From Trypanosoma brucei (lineage: Eukaryota), in contig CH464491.1 in assembly GCA_000002445.1 (NCBI GenBank), positions 4,480,001 through 4,544,000 on the forward strand: 64,000 nucleotides of DNA, given 5' to 3'. The notes beneath the pieces were generated by a model. That model searched no databases and was not told where the DNA came from. It worked only from the letters and a program-made list of their open reading frames with translations. A program made the translations under genes and the position numbers. This document shows positions 48,400 through 61,080 of this stretch, one piece after another; the first letter of the stretch is position 1, and the number at the start of each line of letters is the position of its first letter.

Positions 48400-49150
48400 C
48401 AACGTAAAGTCTTTGTTTGGCCAGTATACGAGGTGCTGTTCCTGATTCCTTCAAAAAATTGTATTCTGTTTTGTTTCTTTCGCTCACGATTTTTCAATTT
48501 GTAGTTTTCTGGAACTTCCTCTGTGCCCTGCTCTGGTGGTTAAGTAGAGTGCTCGTCGCAGATAGTAAAAGGGTCGATCCCCGTGGGCGGAAAGTGTTTA
48601 GCCTACGCTAAGGATGGATATGCCTCAACGTGGCGCTAGGGTTCAGGAACAGAAAAGAAATAAACTGGGAAGTCAAATGTTCCATCCAAACGGCGGCCGC
48701 AACACCGGATATGGAGCGACCGCTCCGTGGGGAGAGAACCATTACTTAGTGTTCCACCACGGTTCAGCACCCTGCTCAAGTGGGGGAACCAAAATCCCTG
48801 ACTTAACCTCCGTCCGGAGAGGAAGATGGATATGGTAAACATGGTTCAGACGCAAAGGAGGAGAGTATGGAATCGAACGGGCACCAAATGGAGAACGCTA
48901 CCCTAAACACGCGCACATGCAGTCGCCCACCGGTGGGTATCAATTCTATGAAAAACAGCGGGTTTTAGTGGGTAGGAACGCCGGTACAGCGTTGAGGCCC
49001 ACACTACCATGCCCTCGTGGTGTGGTGTGCGTAAATGCATTTCCTCCTACCCTCGTGTGGACTGACTGCATGGTCCCGACAGTTGCTCGAGAGAAAATCA
49101 AAAAAAATGTCTTATGTTTTTGCTACACTTGGAGAACTGCATACCCGTAA
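48400..49150. other. Compositionally distinct, GC-normal island with a tRNA-like motif (gggtcgatccccgtgggcgg at ~48560-48580). Identity unknown.
   Basis: The sequence is unlike the flanking AT-rich VSG-array spacers. It has a T-arm-like GGTCGATCCCC, but I could not fold a convincing cloverleaf. Confidence 0.25.
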
Positions 49151-49545
49151 AGCTGACACTCAAGTATTACAACTCCTTTGTTTCTAAAAATTAACTTCTA
49201 CACAAGCATTACCACAAAACACTACATAATAAAAATTCCATTTCCAGCTACCAAACGCTTATGTTTTAAGTTCCCCCAAATTGTTACCGTAAATTGTTTT
49301 CTTTCCAAGTATTCATACCAACTAATATTTTTAACAATCAATTTAACTTTATCTTCTCAAGAAATAGTCTGTCCTGGTAAATGAATAAACGAAGCCTTTA
49401 CAGTCACCCAACTATTGGGAATAGTAAAAAATATCTCCTCATAATTTAATCCAATCATTCCTCTCCTCAAAACAAATCTCTATCCAACAGCTTCTTCCAA
49501 CACAGCACTACATATTAGCAACGGTTTGTAAATACTCTGCTCTGA

Positions 49546-50050
49546 CTACCATTCACCACTTCCCTTTAGTAACTCTCCAAATGCATATTCAAACCTTTTA
49601 AATGCCCAAACTCTTGCGATTATATTTCCACCACTAAGATAAGGTTTTCCACTTGGAGTTGATTTCAGTAAATGAGGTAACTCTTTATTCTCTTCTTTCC
49701 TGTCAGCCACATTAAAAAACCAAAAACATCTCTGCACATGCTCCTTATGTTCTGAGTTCATAAGCAAATCCAACTGAGAAACATAACACTCTGATGTTGT
49801 CATGAATATAATAGGGGAAATATGCTTCTCTTTTACTATATCTTCTTAACTAAACTTATCTTCCATCCCTGCAGTATTTTGAATAAAATACTTCACAGCA
49901 TTTCCATATTTTTCACGGTTGGATATTATAACATCACACTTATCAACAGTTATTACAATATCCTCATAACTTGCATTCTGTCTTTCCAAAAACTCCATAA
50001 CCCATCTAGGTCTTTTAACATGGCTATATAAACCTCCCATCGCAATTGTA
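49546..50050 (-). pseudogene. Glycosyltransferase-like (ESAG3-like?) pseudogene, copy 3.
   Basis: MGGLYSHVKRPRWVMEFLERQNASYEDIVITVDKCDVIISNREKYGNAVKYFIQNTAGMEDKFS plus MTTSECYVSQLDLLMNSEHKEHVQRCFWFFNVADRKEENKELPHLLKSTPSGKPYLSGGNIIARVWAFKRFEYAFGELLKGSGEW. The stretch 49322-49745 is identical to 28122-28545. Confidence 0.4.
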
Positions 50051-50284
50051 ATAATTTCAACATGGCTTAGTTTCGCAGTAAATATGAGCCTATACTATCC
50101 TTGAGTTGCATGAGTTTTAACTACAACAACGAACACTCTTGGTTTCTTAGTATAATTCACTGACACTTTGTTTATGTTTTTCATCATCTTGATGAGATGC
50201 AGCGCTTAAACCACACTAATAGTAAAACAACAGTATAAGTGTATAAATATCATATTTCCTATTCTAATCTACTTTAAAACATTG

Positions 50285-50330
50285 AGTCTGTTGTGAGTTT
50301 GTGTATACGAATATTATAGCAATAGTGTTT
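50285..50330 (+). repeat. 70-bp-repeat core (plus orientation) upstream of the VSG at 51190.
   Basis: ctgttgtgagtttgtgtatacgaatattatagcaatag. Confidence 0.65.
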
Positions 50331-51189
50331 GTGATGAAAACCGAATTGGGGAAAAGTAGAAGCATTAAAAATAATGGTAAGGGTGATATAAGAGTAAGTG
50401 ATGGAGGAAAAGAAAAGAAATGTGCTAAGGATATTATTAAAGCAAAAGCATAAAGATAAAGAGGGATGGAGTGAGATTGTATACAAGCAGTTTCGAACAG
50501 TAACTTAATGACAGTGGTTCTTAATACAAGGAGATGAAGGAAGGAATATTGAAAGGAAGACAAAGTTTGGTTTACAAGCCAAATTTTGTCACTAGGTGAT
50601 ACGCAACAACACAGCGCAGAAAAAGGAAAGTGATACATTAGAATGAATCACTGATTATTCCTCAAATTTCACGTTGAAATGAATATAAGCCACCGCATAT
50701 ATGATTTTATTCACTTAAAATGTTAATATTCTGGAGAAATAATGTTTAGCTTCACTGAGGTAAGTGTCTGACGATGAAGAAACGTTGATTTTCACTTGAA
50801 GATAACCAGTAATAGAGAAAATGTATGATACATAGGAACCCAAAAGGTCGGTTAGAATTTTGCAACCAGCTCGACCTCACAAAACAGCCTGCGGCAAGGA
50901 GCCAATCAATAATAGGTCGAATTTCACGAAGTGAGGGCAGAAGCAGCATGCGTAAACCTAGGTAATGGACCTAAAAAACAAAGAGTGCAACTGCAAAAAC
51001 TGAGCTGGTGCCAGAGAAGACAACAAACATCTAACAACTAACATAAGAAGAGGTGGCGCACTAGTCATGTCCACTCTGAATGTGTCAACCACTGCATACT
51101 TAGGCATAAGTCACCTTTTCTAAGCCAAACACAGCTCCTTGTTTACTTTCCAACTCCAGAAATAACACAGCAAGGAGCACTGGAAAAAT

Positions 51190-52560
51190 ATGACACTATC
51201 ATGGATACTACTAGCGACTGTAGTGGCGATGCTACCAATCTGGACTATAACAGTGGAGACGGCTGCAGGACAAGGTCTAAAAGACACCTCTTGTAGCCTC
51301 TCTGTCAACTACCCAAACAAAGACTTGGACACTATAAGCAAAAAAGCGACACTCAAACTGAAAACAGCTGTACTTGACACCGACGCCATGATAAAGCTGA
51401 AACTTCAAACGGAAATTTATCTAGCCAAGCTGCCCAACAAACAAGACACGCGCCCATGGGCCGCTCTTGAAGCGGCCCTTGAAAGGGAAATAGGAGGCGT
51501 CTTAACAGCACTTCCAGGTACAGCAAAAGCAGCAATCAAAGCAACACAGCGCGCAGCTCACCTGCAAGAACGCTTAGCCGAATTTCTGTCAATCTTCGCA
51601 AACGCAGCCAAATCCGGCGTGCCGCAACATTGCTGCCTCTCAACAGGTTCAAACCATCAAACAGCAGTTGAAGGTATCACAGGCCTAAAAGGCTGCGTCC
51701 ACAAACCTGGAAATAGCAGCGCCGTTCCGGAAGCGGTGACGACAATCACGGCAGCAACGTACAAAGACATACCGACTCAAACAGCTGACGGGAGAGATGC
51801 GATAGCTGCGGCGTCCAACCTAAACTGCAGCATAGCACTGGGGACAGAAGATGGATCTCTGGGAGCCGGCATACCTAAAAACGGAAACAACAGCAAGAGC
51901 CACGAGCCTTTCACTGCAGCTTATCTCAAGGTAGCCGCCAATGCAATAACAGCAGTTAACCCCAACAACAGCAGCAAGCTACGCTAAGCCAAGTGAATTC
52001 ATGGTAATTTAGGTAGCAGAACTCAAAAAGCAGTGAGTTTACTGCTTCAATCCAAAGCCGAACACGACGACCACACAGAAAAGTTGGTAAAAGACAAATA
52101 AAAAAGAGGAACGAAATTCGAAACAGATTTCTGGGGCAAGGTGCTAAACGAGCAGGTAACAAAGCAAACGGCAGACGGACAAAGCAACCGCATGCTAGGA
52201 CAGATGAACGACATCACTGAGCTGCAACTTACTCTAACGTATTATGAGAGCCTTAACGGCGCGGAACATAAAGATAATTAAGGAGCTGCAGGAAGAAAGC
52301 AAAGCAAATAAAGAAAGTTCAGCAACCACAAAGATTAGTGAAACAGATGAAACTTGCGCGACCAAAGGAGTAGATAATGTGAAAACCCCTGCAAGTTGGT
52401 TGACGAAGAAGGTGGAAAAAAGAAGTGCAAATTGGATAAAGAAGCGGCAAAACAAGCAGCCCAGGCAAGAGAGAAAGATAGTAAAACCGGACCCACAAAC
52501 ACCACAGGAAGCAATTCTTTTGTCATCAACAAGGCCCCTCTTTTGCTTGTATTTTTGATT
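51190..52560 (+). pseudogene. VSG: VSG pseudogene: N-terminal domain ORF of 265 aa ending in a premature stop, CTD in another frame.
   Basis: MTLSWILLATVVAMLPIWTITVETAAGQ... The CTD 52244-52558 has the canonical end NTTGSNSFVINKAPLLLVFLIL in a shifted frame. The 3'UTR 16-mer agatatattttaacac is at ~52641-52656. Confidence 0.85.
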
Positions 52561-52867
52561 CTAGCATAAAACTTTTAAAAATTATTGGTAAAGGATTTTT
52601 TGCTAAATTTTAATAAATATATTAAATTAGTTTTTTTTGAGGGAATTAGATATATTTTAACACTTTTTGATGAAAATGTGAAAATTAGTGAGAATTTTCG
52701 AAACTTGAAAATTATGAAAATTTTAGTAAAATGTGTATGACAGTGTCCCAGGTGTGTGAAGGTAAAGAAATATAAGGAATGAAGAATGAATACTATTCTC
52801 ATTGGATTATTTTGTTTATTTTTTGTGTTTTATGGATGTTTGTTAGGCTTTAATAACGATAACTACA

Positions 52868-52905
52868 AGATAGTATTGTGAGTGTGTATATACTAATATT
52901 ATGGG
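52868..52905 (+). repeat. 70-bp-repeat core.
   Basis: gtattgtgagtgtgtatatactaatattatgggaac. Confidence 0.65.
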
Positions 52906-54044
52906 AACTATGGTGCTGAAGACAGATGGACGGGCTAAGTGCAAGCATCTATATCAGTTACAGAGCGCAATGTAAGTAAGTAATTGAGTAACAAAGAATG
53001 GAGAAGAGAAAAGGATAAAAATGTTAGAAAAGAAAACAAAAAGTGTTAGAAGGATTTGATGCACTGTTTAGTAAAAGTCTATAGGACGATATCATCATAC
53101 GGGGAAATGGTTAAGAACAATGAGACAAGAAGTCTACTAACCGATATAAATAGAAATACTTCGGAATTCACAGCAGTAATAGGTACAAAAGCCGCTGTCG
53201 AAAGAATAGGTAAAAGAAGTAACTAAATGATAAGAAACCGCGGATGGACGCGCAAAGAAGAATTTTTTTAGTACAGAACGTTTCAAATGACAATCAACCT
53301 CTCTCTTACTGTCTCAATAAAAAACTGTTGAACCCATTTAGAAAGCGAGCAATTCATAAACGTATACACACTAACACGGTATTGATGGAACTTGTCAAAC
53401 ACATTCACAGTGAAAAATGTATTTGGGACCGCAAATGAGCAATGAGAGACGAAAGAGACAGACATTTACATGATAACAACAAAGATAAGTTGAAGCTGTG
53501 AGTATGGCAGAAACGCTGGCTTAATATTGTTATTGAATAAGTACACACACAACAGAAGTTAACCTCTAATAGAAGCACAAAGATACAATAATAAATATAA
53601 AATTTTTTGATGGAGATTAGACTTCTATAAATTATATCTTTAAGTAGATAATTCTTTTACTTGACTGAGTGATTTTTAAGCAACAATAGCTGACTGGAAA
53701 ACGGCACTCATACAAAACTTTTGTACGCCCCCTCAGACATGAAGAAATATTTATAGCCTTGTATTTTTTAGCAGTTTGTTACTTTCCACTTTCACTGGTA
53801 TTATAACGCGACACATCAAATGATTCATTTAAAAATAACACTCATTATTATTTTTGGCAGGAAAACCTAAGTAAAAAAGCAAACATTGGATAGAGAATTA
53901 AGGGATCTGTGTTTGATTTTCAAACTTATTACTAAGTCCGCTGCTTGGCCCAAAATGCATACCCAAACCGGCATACAGACTGCAAGGACATACTTTTATT
54001 TAAGAACCACATTTTAACGGTAAGGACCAAAGAAGCTCTTTCAT

Positions 54045-55610
54045 GGATGTAAGGAAAAGCAGGATCTTAACGCTCTTAGTAACGCTCTTAGTAACGCTGG
54101 CGCTTTTAAATGACGCCCTCAAAGCCTTAGAAAATGTAGCGGAAGACAGCAACCAGCCAGAACGACAGGCTTTGTGCTCTATAATAGAGCTCGGTGGCGA
54201 AAGATCAAAACTTCTAGACTAGGCACCAGGAGGAACTTCAGACTTGGATGAGTTGCTATCAATCAACATGAAGCTCGCGGAAGACACAAGGCTGCAACAC
54301 TTCAGGGACGCAACCGACCCGACTAAGCCACGAGACACAACCAAACAAGCGCTACCCCCGAATACGAATTGGAATGAACGCTGGCCGGACTGGCAAAAAG
54401 CCGCTAACCCTCTGTTGGAAAAAGGCGAAATCACGGAAAAACTTAAACACTTTACTAGACAAGTTAAATGATAAACAAAAACATGCCGTCCGACTCCACA
54501 TATTCAAACTAGCGGAAGAAGCGTCCAGGGAGGCCAAGCAAGCAGAACAAGAACATCCAGCAGGCGACTTCCTAACAGAAGACGACCTACACAAAGAGCT
54601 AAACAAAGCAATTTACGGTGAAGAAACAGAACCTGCTGACGATTTCAGCAATTGTAAAACGTTTGGCGACAGCCCTGCCAGTGACAGACAAGCGAACTGC
54701 GGCAGTGCCAGCGTAGCAGGCAAAACCAACACGGCATTCGCAGCATTCGTCTGCGTATGCGCCAAAGACAACACCAACGGTGGAAACGAGGGAAAAGCCT
54801 GTGCAGGTTCTGTAACTCTGAGCAGCACCTGGAATCCGGGCACCAACAATAACCCATCACCCGCAACGTTAGCAGAATTAAGAAAGCTATGCAATATAAA
54901 GGCTGAAACACAGCTAACAGTAGCAGATCTTCAAAGAAGGATCGCAGATGTAACTGGATTACTCCGCTACACAACCCAAGCAACGCACCTCGGCACTTTC
55001 CTGACTACAGCCTGCAGCGGCGCCGCAGCCAGAGGAGTGTGTGTCACATACAAGGGCATCCACGGCCACGCTGCGGACCCTAAGAAGGCAATAAACTGGC
55101 TAGCTGAACTAGATGCCACGGCGAAAAAAATACACAAACACGAACAGGCGGTCTAAGCTAGGAATAGGCTAGCTCAGCTACTAGCAGTAAAAAAGCAGCT
55201 TGCTACGGACGTAGACTACCTAACAAGAACAATAGAAACACCGCAGCGACGCCCCGGACTGCAACAGCAAGCGGAAGAACAAAAAAACAAAAACCAAGCA
55301 AGAGCACAATCAATCTGCGACGAACACAAAAAAAGTAAAACTAAATGCGAAAATACAGGTAAATGCAAATGAAAAGGAGAGGATGAGACCAAAGGGGAAT
55401 GCAAATCTAAAGAGGGGAAGGGCAGAAAAGCTAAGGAACAGAGGGAGCTGTGGGAACAGTCGCTAGAGTAAAATGCAAAGTAAAAGTGGAGAAAGATTGC
55501 AAATATCTGGATTTTCAACAGTAAGGAACAGAGTGAAAATATTCCAGTTTTCTCGTCAATAAAAAATTGGCTGTTATGGCTGCTACTTTTATGAGTTTAG
55601 TCGAATTCTA
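54045..55610 (+). pseudogene. VSG: VSG pseudogene: in-frame stop near the N-terminus, frameshifted CTD.
   Basis: The ATG at ~54045 runs into a tag stop at ~54218. ORF 54374-55156 is a B-type N-terminal domain (...AFAAFVCVCAKDNTNGG...). The GPI signal SFLVNKKLAVMAATFMSLVEF is in a shifted frame at ~55545-55610. It is ~75% identical at protein level to 59505-60917. Confidence 0.8.
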
Positions 55611-55859
55611 GGATCCAAAGGATATTTGCTTAGTATAATGAAAAATAAGAAATTTCCCTGGTGACGCTGGCCACATCATCGTAATGTCAGTGTCTAGTAT
55701 TTCGTCCAGAAGGAATTCAATAGCCCGCATTATACACGATCCAAAAGGGTTGAGGCTGGAAACAGGTTTTCAGCCACCAGAGAAGAAGCAAGAAGCAACA
55801 TCGGCACTCTGTGGTAAATGAGGTTTTACGAATTCTTCCCTGCACGTGCAAACGTGCCT

Positions 55860-56780
55860 CGATTGGGATAAATAGGCTTCCACTACTACTTAGCAGAGAT
55901 GTTGAGTGTAATCCTGCTCCCCAGATACATGGAACCCAATATAACACTGTGGAGGTACCTCAGAAAAACGACTTGCCTTAGAGAAGAAGCTCCACGAGGA
56001 TATGGTAGTCTTCTGTTTATTGCGGGAGACACACTTGGCAGCAGAAGAGTACTGCATATTAAAAGCAGCGGATACCAACATATGTGGATGTCACGTTCTC
56101 TACATGGTGGTATGGTATCAATTCTAGTCAAATATGGGATGGGAGTGGAACTGGGTCCAAAGCTGGAGGGTCTGCCGGAAAGAGTCTCGGTAACACTGAT
56201 GTTTTTAGCTGATTTAATGTTAACTATAAAATCATTTTACTTCCAACGGAAGAAAAATGTCACTACCTACGCTTGAGTGTCTTGAGAGATCGACTTTACC
56301 AATATTAATAAGATCTGATACAAAAACTCATCATGATTTACGGGATCCGTTATGCTCAAATGATACTGTAAGAGAAGTTTTGTGGACTAGTGTCTACGAA
56401 AAGATATCAAAATTGCAAATGATGGCACTACGAGGAAAAATATGCCTCTCACAGAAACCAGATCATCTCATGATGTTATAACGTACAGAGACTGCGAAGT
56501 CACAAGATGGAAGGCAAGCCTCATCCCAGAGAGTGACAACTAATGGAAAACGTTTGAGATATGTATTGGCATTGGTGTAGAAGTGATCGCCATTACAAAG
56601 CCAATAAGGGTGTTGTATGCTTGGAGTATAGCAAACTAGTTGGAGTTTAGAAAAGTGTGTGGTGTAATAATGGTGAAAAAATTAAGGAAGTCTGGAAAGA
56701 ACGTGGATGCTATGAATGAGGCAGTGACAAAAGTAATTCGCACAGCAGCAAAGGAAACAATACAAAAATGTAAGGGAGTA
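55860..56780 (+). mobile_element. Degenerate ingi/L1Tc-related retroelement fragment (AP-endonuclease region), truncated by the assembly gap.
   Basis: ORF 55899-56276: ...LLFIAGDTLGSRRVLHIKSSGYQHMWMSRSLHGGMVSILVKYG... parallels ingi ...LLSETRMTPGVAACFSVAGYQHHGIARNCKGGGVSILVRE... at 22.7 kb (an ETH-like motif, GYQH and GG(V/M)SILV). Confidence 0.5.
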
Positions 56781-56880
56781 NNNNNNNNNNNNNNNNNNNN
56801 NNNNNNNNNNNNNNNNNNNNNNNNNNNNNNNNNNNNNNNNNNNNNNNNNNNNNNNNNNNNNNNNNNNNNNNNNNNNNNNN
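56781..56880. other. Assembly gap (100 N).
   Basis: n run. Confidence 1.
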
Positions 56881-58025
56881 TATCTAGCCAAGCTGCCCAA
56901 CAAACAAGACACGCGCCCATGGGCCGCTCTTGAAGCGGCCCTTGAAAGGGAAATAGGAGGCGTCTTAACAGCACTTCCAGGTACAGCAAAAGCAGCAATC
57001 AAAGCAACACAGCGCGCAGCTCACCTGCAAGAACGCTTAGCCGAATTTCTGTCAATCTTCGCAAACGCAGCCAAATCCGGCGTGCCGCAACATTGCTGCC
57101 TCTCAACAGGTTCAAACCATCAAACAGCAGTTGAAGGTATCACAGGCCTAAAAGGCTGCGTCCACAAACCTGGAAATAGCAGCGCCGTTCCGGAAGCGGT
57201 GACGACAATCACGGCAGCAACGTACAAAGACATACCGACTCAAACAGCTGACGGGAGAGATGCGATAGCTGCGGCGTCCAACCTAAACTGCAGCATAGCA
57301 CTGGGGACAGAAGATGGATCTCTGGGAGCCGGCATACCTAAAAACGGAAACAACAGCAAGAGCCACGAGCCTTTCACTGCAGCTTATCTCAAGGTAGCCG
57401 CCAATGCAATAACAGCAGTTAACCCCAACAACAGCATCAAGCTACGCTAAGCCAAGTGAATTCATGGTAATTTAGGTAGCAGAACTCAAAAAGCAGTGAG
57501 TTTACTGCTTCAATCCAAAGCCGAACACGACGACCACACAGAAAAGTTGGTAAAAGACAAATAAAAAAGAGGAACGAAATTCGAAACAGATTTCTGGGGC
57601 AAGGTGCTAAACGAGCAGGTAACAAAGCAAACGGCAGACGGACAAAGCAACCGCATGCTAGGACAGATGAACGACATCACTGAGCTGCAACTTACTCTAA
57701 CGTATTATGAGAGCCTTAACGGCGCGGAACATAAAGATAATTAAGGAGCTGCAGGAAGAAAGCAAAGCAAATAAAGAAAGTTCAGCAACCACAAAGATTA
57801 GTGAAACAGATGAAACTTGCGCGACCAAAGGAGTAGATAATGTGAAAACCCCTGCAAGTTGGTTGACGAAGAAGGTGGAAAAAAGAAGTGCAAATTGGAT
57901 AAAGAAGCGGCAAAACAAGCAGCCCAGGCAAGAGAGAAAGATAGTAAAACCGGACCCACAAACACCACAGGAAGCAATTCTTTTGTCATCAACAAGGCCC
58001 CTCTTTTGCTTGTATTTTTGATTCT
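56881..58025 (+). pseudogene. VSG: Partial VSG pseudogene copy: a duplicate of 51417-52560, starting inside the N-terminal domain at the gap.
   Basis: 56881 onward is identical to 51417 onward. ORFs 57082-57450 and 57707-58021 have the same proteins as the copy at 51-52 kb. The 16-mer is at ~58104-58119. Confidence 0.85.
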
Positions 58026-58334
58026 AGCATAAAACTTTTAAAAATTATTGGTAAAGGATTTTTTGCTAAATTTTAATAAATATATTAAATTAGTTTTTTT
58101 TGAGGGAATTAGATATATTTTAACACTTTTTGATGAAAATGTGAAAATTAGTGAGAATTTTCGAAACTTGAAAATTATGAAAATTTTAGTAAAATGTGTA
58201 TGACAGTGTCCCAGGTGTGTGAAGGTAAAGAAATATAAGGAATGAAGAATGAATACTATTCTCATTGGATTATTTTGTTTATTTTTTGTGTTTTATGGAT
58301 GTTTGTTAGGCTTTAATAACGATAACTACAAGAT

Positions 58335-58372
58335 AGTATTGTGAGTGTGTATATACTAATATTATGGGAACT
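58335..58372 (+). repeat. 70-bp-repeat core.
   Basis: gtattgtgagtgtgtatatactaatattatgggaac, a duplicate of 52868. Confidence 0.65.
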
Positions 58373-59504
58373 ATGGTGCTGAAGACAGATGGACGGGCTA
58401 AGTGCAAGCATCTATATCAGTTACAGAGCGCAATGTAAGTAAGTAATTGAGTAACAAAGAATGGAGAAGAGAAAAGGATAAAAAATGTTAGAAAAGAAAA
58501 CAAAAAGTGTTAGAAGGATTTGATGCACTGTTTAGTAAAAGTCTATAGGACGATATCATCATACGGGGAAATGGTTAAGAACAATGAGACAAGAAGTCTA
58601 CTAATCGATATAAATAGAAATACTTCGGAATTCACAGCAGTAATAGGTACAAAAGCCGCTGTCGAAAGAACAGGTAAAAGAAGTAACTAAATGATAAGAA
58701 ACCGCGGATGGACGCGCAAAGAAGAATTTTTTTAGTACAGAAAGATTCAAATGACAATCCGCCTCACTCTCACTAAATCAATAAAAAACTGTTGAACCCA
58801 TTTAAAGAGCGAGCAATTCACAGACGTATACACACTAATACGGTATTGATAGAGCGTATCAAACACTTCACAGCGAAAAGTGCATTTGGGACTGAAAATG
58901 AACAACGTGAGACGAAAGAGACAGATATTTACATGATAAGGACAAAAATAAGTTGAAGCTGTGAGTATGGTAGAAACGCTGGCTTAATATTGTTATTTAA
59001 TAAGTACACACACAACAGAAGTTAACCTCTAATATAAGCACAAAATACAATAATAAATATAAAAATTTTTGACAGAGATTAGACTTCTATAAATTATATC
59101 TTTAAGTAGATAATTCTTTTACTTGACTGAGTGATTTTTAAGCAACAATAACTGACTGGCAAACAGCACTCATACAAAACTTTTGTACGTCCACTCAGAC
59201 ATGAAAAAATATTTCTAGCTTTATTTTATTTAGAAGTTTGTTACTTTCCACTTTCACTGGTATTATAACGCGACACATCAAATGATTCATTTAAAAATAA
59301 CACTCGTTATTATTTTTGGCAGGAAAATCTAAGTAAAAAAGCAAAAATGGGACAGAGAATTAAGGGATCTGTGTTTTATTTACAAACTTATTACTAAGTC
59401 CGGTGCTTGGCCCAAAATGTATACCCAAACCGGCATACAGACTGCAAGGACATACTTTTATTTGAGAACCACATTTTAACGGTAAGGACCAAAGAAGCTC
59501 TTTC

Positions 59505-61080
59505 ATGGCGGCAGCCAAAGGAAGGATCTTAACTCTCTTAGCGACGCTGCCGCTTTTAAATGGAGCCCTTACAGCCTTAGCAGCTGTAGCGGAAGACAGC
59601 AACCAGCCAGAACGAAGGGCTTTGTGCGCTATAATAGAGCTCGGTGGCGAAAGATCAAAGCTTCTAGACCAGGCACCAGGAGGAACTTCAGACTTGGATG
59701 AGTTGCTATCGTTAAACATGACGCTCGCGGAAGACACATGGCTGCAACACTTCAGGGACGCAACAGACCCGACTAAGCCACGAGACACAACCAAACAAGC
59801 GCTACCCCCGAATACGAATTGGGATAAGCGCTGGGCAGACTGGAAGAAAGCCGCCGACCCTCTGTTGGACAAAGGAAAGATCACGGAAAAACTAAAACAC
59901 TTTAAGCTAGACAAGTTAAACGATGAACAAAAACATGCCGTCCGGCAGAACGTAGCTAAACTGGCGGAAGAACCCTACACGGAGGCGAAGCAAGAGGAGG
60001 AGGACCATCCGACAGCCGATATCCTAACAGAAGAAGACCTGCACAAAGAACTAAACACAGCAATTTACGGAACCCAAACGGAGCCTGCTGACACTTTCGA
60101 TAATTATAAAACGTTCGGCGACACCGCGGGCGCAACCAGGGAAGCAAACTGCGGAACTAACACGCAAGCGAGCAAGGCAGAAACGGCGTTCGCCGCATTC
60201 GTCTGCGTATGTGCCAAAGACAACACACACGCCGGCGACGAAGCAAAAGCCTGTGCAGCTTCTGTAGATCTGACCAACAACTGGGATCCGGGCACCAACA
60301 ATAACCCATTGCCAGCCACGTTAGCACAATTAAGGAAGCTGTGCAATATGAAGGCTGAAACGACGCTAACAGCATCAGAGCTGCAAAGAAGGATCGCGGA
60401 AATCACAGGATTACTCCGTCACACAACACAAGCAACGCACCTCGGAACTTTCCTAACTACAGACTGCAGCGGAGCCGCAGCCAACGGGATGTGTGTCACA
60501 TACAAGGGCATACACAACAACGCAGCAGACCCCAAGAAAGCAATAACCTGGATAGCTCAACTAGATGCCACGGCGAAAAAAATACACAAACACGAACAGG
60601 CGGTCCAAACTAGGAAGAGGCTAGCTCAGCAACTAGCAGTAAAAAAGAAGCTTGCTACGGACGTAGACCACCTAACAAGAACAATAGAAACGCCGCAGCG
60701 ACGGTCCGAACTGCAACAGCAAGCGGAAGAACAAAAAACCAAAAACCAAGCAATAGCACAATCAACCTGCGACCCACAAAGAAAAGTAAAAATAAATGCG
60801 AAAATACAGGTAAATGCAAATGGAAAGGTGAGGATGAGAGCAAACGAAAGTGCGAAGTTAAAGATGGTGGAGAGCAGAACAGCTAAGGAACAGATAGAGA
60901 TGCAGGAACAACTGTAAACTGTAGAAAGTATAAGGGCTAGGAGAGTTGCAAAAACGCGCCTGGAGAAAAAAGCCATGTAAAATGCCGTCTGTGGCTGGAT
61001 TGATTTCATTGAAAGACAAGGCAAAGTAAAACCGGCATGCATGGATTCCAGTTTTCTCTCCAATCAGAAATTGGCTCTGA
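59505..61080 (+). pseudogene. VSG: VSG with a complete B-type N-terminal domain in one 470-aa ORF. The CTD/GPI signal is reachable only by frameshift, so this is a near-intact pseudogene.
   Basis: MAAAKGRILTLLATLPLLNGALTALAAVAEDSNQPERRALCAIIELGG...AFAAFVCVCAKDNTHAGDEAKACAASVDL.... CKWKGEDESKRKCEVKDGG and the GPI-signal-like ...LALMAAAFVDSYYFCIL are in other frames. The 16-mer-like tgatatattttaatat is at ~61176. Confidence 0.8.
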
